Assembly: GCA_043752435.1 (NCBI GenBank)
Contig: JAYUYQ010000077.1
Location: 1-35,326, forward strand
Origin: Betaproteobacteria bacterium
GTDB taxonomy: Bacteria > Pseudomonadota > Gammaproteobacteria > Burkholderiales > SG8-41
Direction: 5' to 3'
DNA length: 35,326 nt
The notes under the pieces are model-generated. The model did not search any database. It had not been told where the DNA came from and saw nothing but the letters and a program-made list of their open reading frames with translations. Position numbers and translations under genes: made by a program. Shown in pieces: positions 32,366 through 35,326 of the stretch. Position 1 is the stretch's first letter, and each line of letters begins with the position of its first letter.

Positions 32366-33312
32366 CAGAACAGCCGCCGCGCCCTCGCATTGCGGTAGTC
32401 GCCGCGGTGCTGCAACAACCGGACGGCCGTTTTCTGCTGGCGCAGCGCCCGCCGGGCAAAGCCTATGCCGGTTACTGGGAGTTTCCCGGCGGCAAGATCG
32501 AAGATGACGAAACACCAGCTGCTGCACTGTCGCGCGAGTTGCATGAAGAGCTCGGCATCGGCGTCATCTCTGCTTATCCCTGGCTCATCCGCGAGTTTGA
32601 TTATCCGCATGCCGCGGTACGGCTTAATTTTTTTCGTGTGCGCGCCTGGAGTGGTGAATTGCAGGGTCGTGAAGCGCAGGCCTTTGCCTGGCAGCGGCTT
32701 GATGCGATTGACGTTGCGCCGCTGTTGCCAGCCAACGGCCCGATATTGCAGGCGCTGGGTATTCCCGAGACTTATGGCATCACCGGTTTTACGCCGGCGG
32801 AATACCCACGGATGCTCGAGCGGATCGACACCAAGCTGCAACAGGGGCTGAGACTGATCCAGGTGCGTGGCAAGGGCTGGCCGCCTGAACTGTTCACGCG
32901 TTACACGATGGACGTCGTTGCGCGGGCGCATGCCTCTGGTGCCCGGGCGCTGGTCAATGCGGACATGGAACTTGCGCGTCGCAGTGACGCGGACGGCGTA
33001 CATCTGACAGCTCAACAATTGCGCGGCAGCACGCAGCGTCCCGATTTTGCGCTGGTCGGTGCGTCATGCCACAACGCCGAAGAATTGCGCAAAGCGGAGC
33101 AACTGGGCGTCGATTTTGCAGTGCTCGGGCCGGTGCTGCCGACCCCGACACATCCCGATGCGGTGCTGTTGGGCTGGGCGGGATTGCAGCAACTGGCGGT
33201 TGACACGCGGATTCCGGTGTTTGCGCTGGGCGGTTTAAATGCCGGTGATCGCGAACAGGCTTTGCTCAGTGGTGCACATGGCTTAGCCATGGTGCGCGGT
33301 GCCTGGACCTAG
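32362..33312 (+). CDS. mutT: Nudix hydrolase (MutT-like 8-oxo-dGTP diphosphatase) fused to a thiamine-phosphate synthase/TenI-like domain
   Basis: The N-terminal half carries the Nudix box GGKIEDDETPAAALSRELHEELGI. The C-terminal ~175 aa (LIQVR.K.......ARALVN......ADGVHL....L........VGASCHN.EEL..A...GVDFAVLGPV..T.TH...) is TMP-TENI-like. mutT lies downstream of secA, as in E. coli. Confidence 0.8.
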   Translation: MTEQPPRPRIAVVAAVLQQPDGRFLLAQRPPGKAYAGYWEFPGGKIEDDETPAAALSRELHEELGIGVISAYPWLIREFDYPHAAVRLNFFRVRAWSGELQGREAQAFAWQRLDAIDVAPLLPANGPILQALGIPETYGITGFTPAEYPRMLERIDTKLQQGLRLIQVRGKGWPPELFTRYTMDVVARAHASGARALVNADMELARRSDADGVHLTAQQLRGSTQRPDFALVGASCHNAEELRKAEQLGVDFAVLGPVLPTPTHPDAVLLGWAGLQQLAVDTRIPVFALGGLNAGDREQALLSGAHGLAMVRGAWT

Positions 33313-33321
33313 TCAGGGGCC

Positions 33322-33519
33322 CTAGTTCGGTTTGGGCGAGTCGCCCTCATCGGGTACTTCCAACTCGTCGGTTTCCACGACCGGCACGCGATAACGTTCT
33401 GTCGCCCATGCTCCAAGATCCACCATCTTGCAGCGCTCCGAGCAAAAGGGGCGGAAACGGTTTTCCGGATTCCATTCGATGCCTGTGCCGCAATTAGGGC
33501 ATGCGACTGTCTTTGCCAT
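33322..33519 (-). CDS. yacG: DNA gyrase inhibitor YacG (zinc ribbon)
   Basis: 65 aa. The pattern CPNCG...(16 aa)...[14 protein letters not shown] is the YacG zinc-finger signature. It lies downstream of zapD and coaE, as in E. coli. Confidence 0.85.
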   Translation of the reverse strand: MAKTVACPNCGTGIEWNPENRFRPFCSERCKMVDLGAWATERYRVPVVETDELEVPDEGDSPKPN

Positions 33520-33522
33520 CGC

Positions 33523-34278
33523 TCAGAGATTGCAGAAGGTCAGTTCGAATTCGACATCGGTGTCCGATGCCTTGGGACGCTGCATGCCTTCCTGCGTGGT
33601 GAAGCGGATGTTCAGTGCGTATTTGTTGGCGCTGATTTCGGGAATGCAGGTGTAATCATTTGACAGCCGAATGCGCAGCATCTGCGCCAGGCGTCCCGCC
33701 ATCATCTGCTGGTAGACGCCTTGCTGAGCGGTCTGCAAGGTGGTTTTACCGCTCTCGCGCAGCAGGCGCAGCACGATGCTGATTGCGTCGCGGGTCGGCA
33801 GAAACGGCGCCAGCCATTGTTGCAGGTCGTGGCGTCGGGCATCCGCGCTCTGCTGCAGCCAGTAATGGTATGAGGGCAGATCGAAGCCGCATACGCCCCC
33901 GGGAATCCCGGTACGCTGCTTGATGCTCATCAACCAGTCGTTTTCGCGCAGTTCCTGGCCGACCTTGCCCGAGGCCTGAAACAGTCGCGAGGACGCCTGG
34001 TCGATTTGCCACAACACGCTGTCCAGGGCTTCTTCGGAAATATCGGGGTTGTCGCGGAGTGCGTCCAGAGTCTGCTTCTGCCGTTCCAGTTCCTGCAACA
34101 AGTCCGATTTGAGGTCGGCTCGGCTGGCGACTTCGAGTATTTCGAAAATCAGCAGCAACGCTGCATGGTGTTCAGGACCATCGTTACGGCCCAGGAAATA
34201 TTCGGTGCGCTCGAAGAGATGTTCGAGGCGCAACAGGGTGCGCACGCGTTCGCTCAGAGGATGCTCGTAGACAATCAC
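33523..34278 (-). CDS. zapD: Cell division protein ZapD (YacF)
   Basis: 251 aa. The N-terminus MIVYEHPLSERVRTLLRLEHLF is typical of ZapD/DUF1342. The coaE-zapD-yacG order is conserved. Confidence 0.85.
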   Translation of the reverse strand: MIVYEHPLSERVRTLLRLEHLFERTEYFLGRNDGPEHHAALLLIFEILEVASRADLKSDLLQELERQKQTLDALRDNPDISEEALDSVLWQIDQASSRLFQASGKVGQELRENDWLMSIKQRTGIPGGVCGFDLPSYHYWLQQSADARRHDLQQWLAPFLPTRDAISIVLRLLRESGKTTLQTAQQGVYQQMMAGRLAQMLRIRLSNDYTCIPEISANKYALNIRFTTQEGMQRPKASDTDVEFELTFCNL

Positions 34279-34378
34279 GTCTGGTGCGCCCGATGTCGAT
34301 GAAATGGGGTTGAAGTCCGATTGCCGGAGTATCGGACAAAATCCAGAAAAAATAAAGGCTTAAAGCCCCTGCTGAAAT

Positions 34379-35002
34379 TCATTTCCCGCGACTGGTTGCG
34401 GCACTGGCGGCCAGTTTCATGTACTGATGATGCAGATCGGCGACCTGACCGCGCAACTGCGCGATGTTGCCATCATTGCGGATCACATCATCGGCGCCGG
34501 CCAGTCGTTGCTGGCGAGGCAGCTGCGCCGCCATGATGGCGCGCACCGCGTCTGAGGTCAGGTTGCTGCGCTGCATCGCGCGACTGATCTGCAGGGATTC
34601 GTCACAGTCGATAACCAATACGCGCCGGATCAGATCGCGGTAACCGCCGGTCTCCAGCAACAGTGGTACCACCAGCAGCACATACGCTGCTGCGGATTCC
34701 ATGACGCGACTGCGGGCGCACTCGCCGATCCGCGGGTGCAGTATGGTTTCGAGCTGTTTGCGGGCATCGGGTTTTTCGAACACCAGCCGGCGCATCACTG
34801 CGCGATCCAGACTGCCGTCTGGGGCCGCTGCTGCGGCGCCGAACGCTGCAGTGATCGCCGGCATCGCACTGCCACCTGCAGCGGTGAGTTCATGAGAGAT
34901 GTTGTCAGTATCGACTACGTCCGCGCCCAGTTCACCGAACAACGCTGCGGCGCGCGACTTGCCTGAGCCGATGCCGCCGGTGACGCCGACGCAGAACGGC
35001 AT
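34379..35002 (-). CDS. coaE: Dephospho-CoA kinase
   Basis: 207 aa. P-loop VGVTGGIGSGKS at the N-terminus, plus motifs ILHPRI and VVPLLLE. It is immediately downstream of pilD. Confidence 0.9.
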   Translation of the reverse strand: MPFCVGVTGGIGSGKSRAAALFGELGADVVDTDNISHELTAAGGSAMPAITAAFGAAAAAPDGSLDRAVMRRLVFEKPDARKQLETILHPRIGECARSRVMESAAAYVLLVVPLLLETGGYRDLIRRVLVIDCDESLQISRAMQRSNLTSDAVRAIMAAQLPRQQRLAGADDVIRNDGNIAQLRGQVADLHHQYMKLAASAATSRGK

Positions 35003-35005
35003 GGC

Positions 35006-35326
35006 TCAGAGCGGGCCGAACCAGGCCCGGGTGAGGGCGGGGCCGTGCAGCAGCGCGATCATGCCTGCGATGGCCAGGTACGGACCGAATGGGATTGGCA
35101 CGCCGCGTCCGCGCCCGGCAAACACGATCAGACCAATGCCGATGACCGCACCGACCAGCGAAGACAGCAGGATGGTCAGGGGCAGCATTTGCCAGCCCAG
35201 CCAGGCGCCAATGGCCGCGAGCAGCTTGAAGTCGCCGTAACCCATGCCCTCCTTGCTGGTAGCCCACTTGAATATCCAGTACACGCCCCACAACGAGAGA
35301 TAACCGGCAGCAGCGCCGATGACGGC
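35006..35326 (-). CDS. pilD: Prepilin peptidase / N-methyltransferase PilD (A24 family), C-terminal part; the 5' end lies beyond the window
   Basis: The reading frame is open to the window edge. The C-terminal TM region contains MGYGDFKLLAAIGAWLG (second catalytic Asp motif) and PFGPYLAIAG. The pilD-coaE adjacency is common in proteobacteria. Confidence 0.8.
   Translation of the reverse strand, partial: AVIGAAAGYLSLWGVYWIFKWATSKEGMGYGDFKLLAAIGAWLGWQMLPLTILLSSLVGAVIGIGLIVFAGRGRGVPIPFGPYLAIAGMIALLHGPALTRAWFGPL

Noticed and set aside
31807-33018. 403-aa minus-strand ORF antisense to the DUF815 and Nudix-fusion genes.
   Set aside because: It has no motifs and an Arg/Gln/His-rich composition, and it crosses an intergenic repeat that is full of stops on the plus strand only. 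I treat it as an artefact.
34315-34378. A 7-bp inverted repeat GTCCGAT-n9-ATCGGAC, and a weak GGGGC-tttaa-GCCTT plus T-tract element on the minus strand after coaE. Both were considered as a terminator or regulatory hairpin between coaE and zapD.
   Set aside because: The stems are short, with only 3 G-C pairs plus 2 G-U pairs in the terminator-like one. The 7-bp stem is not followed by a U-tract in the transcribed orientation. This is too weak to call as a feature.

Overview
This GC-rich window looks like core chromosome of a (probably beta-) proteobacterium, and almost all of it is housekeeping genes in conserved synteny. From left to right it contains the following. (1) A SnoaL-like ORF. 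(2) The minus-strand block dolP(yraP)-diaA-yraN-lpoA, divergent from rsmI. (3) pyrC and a ChaC-family gene. (4) A bacterial type-A RNase P RNA (rnpB). (5) A complete, tightly packed dcw cell-division/cell-wall cluster: mraZ-rsmH-ftsL-ftsI-murE-murF-mraY-murD-ftsW-murG-murC-murB-ddl-ftsQ-ftsA-ftsZ, followed by lpxC. (6) A small membrane ORF, a DUF721/DciA-like gene and an M23 peptidase. (7) secA, argJ, a DUF815 ATPase and a Nudix(MutT)-ThiE-like fusion. (8) The minus-strand block yacG-zapD-coaE plus the 3' part of the prepilin peptidase gene pilD, which runs off the window. I found no CRISPR array, transposase, integrase, tRNA, rRNA, toxin-antitoxin pair or recognisable defence system, so I cannot honestly claim a new multi-gene system here. 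The non-standard signals are small and local. The main one is a 151-nt spacer at the otherwise overlap-coupled murG-murC junction; it carries a diverged copy of the first 16 murC codons inside a 51-codon ORF that preserves stop/start coupling. The others are a strong intrinsic terminator hairpin abutting the secA ribosome-binding site, two short tandem-repeat arrays sitting on gene starts (rsmI and the MutT-like gene), a sigma70-like dcw promoter with three phased GTGG(G/T) MraZ-type boxes, and an AT-rich island upstream of it. All functional calls come from motif and family recognition by eye, and no database search was run.
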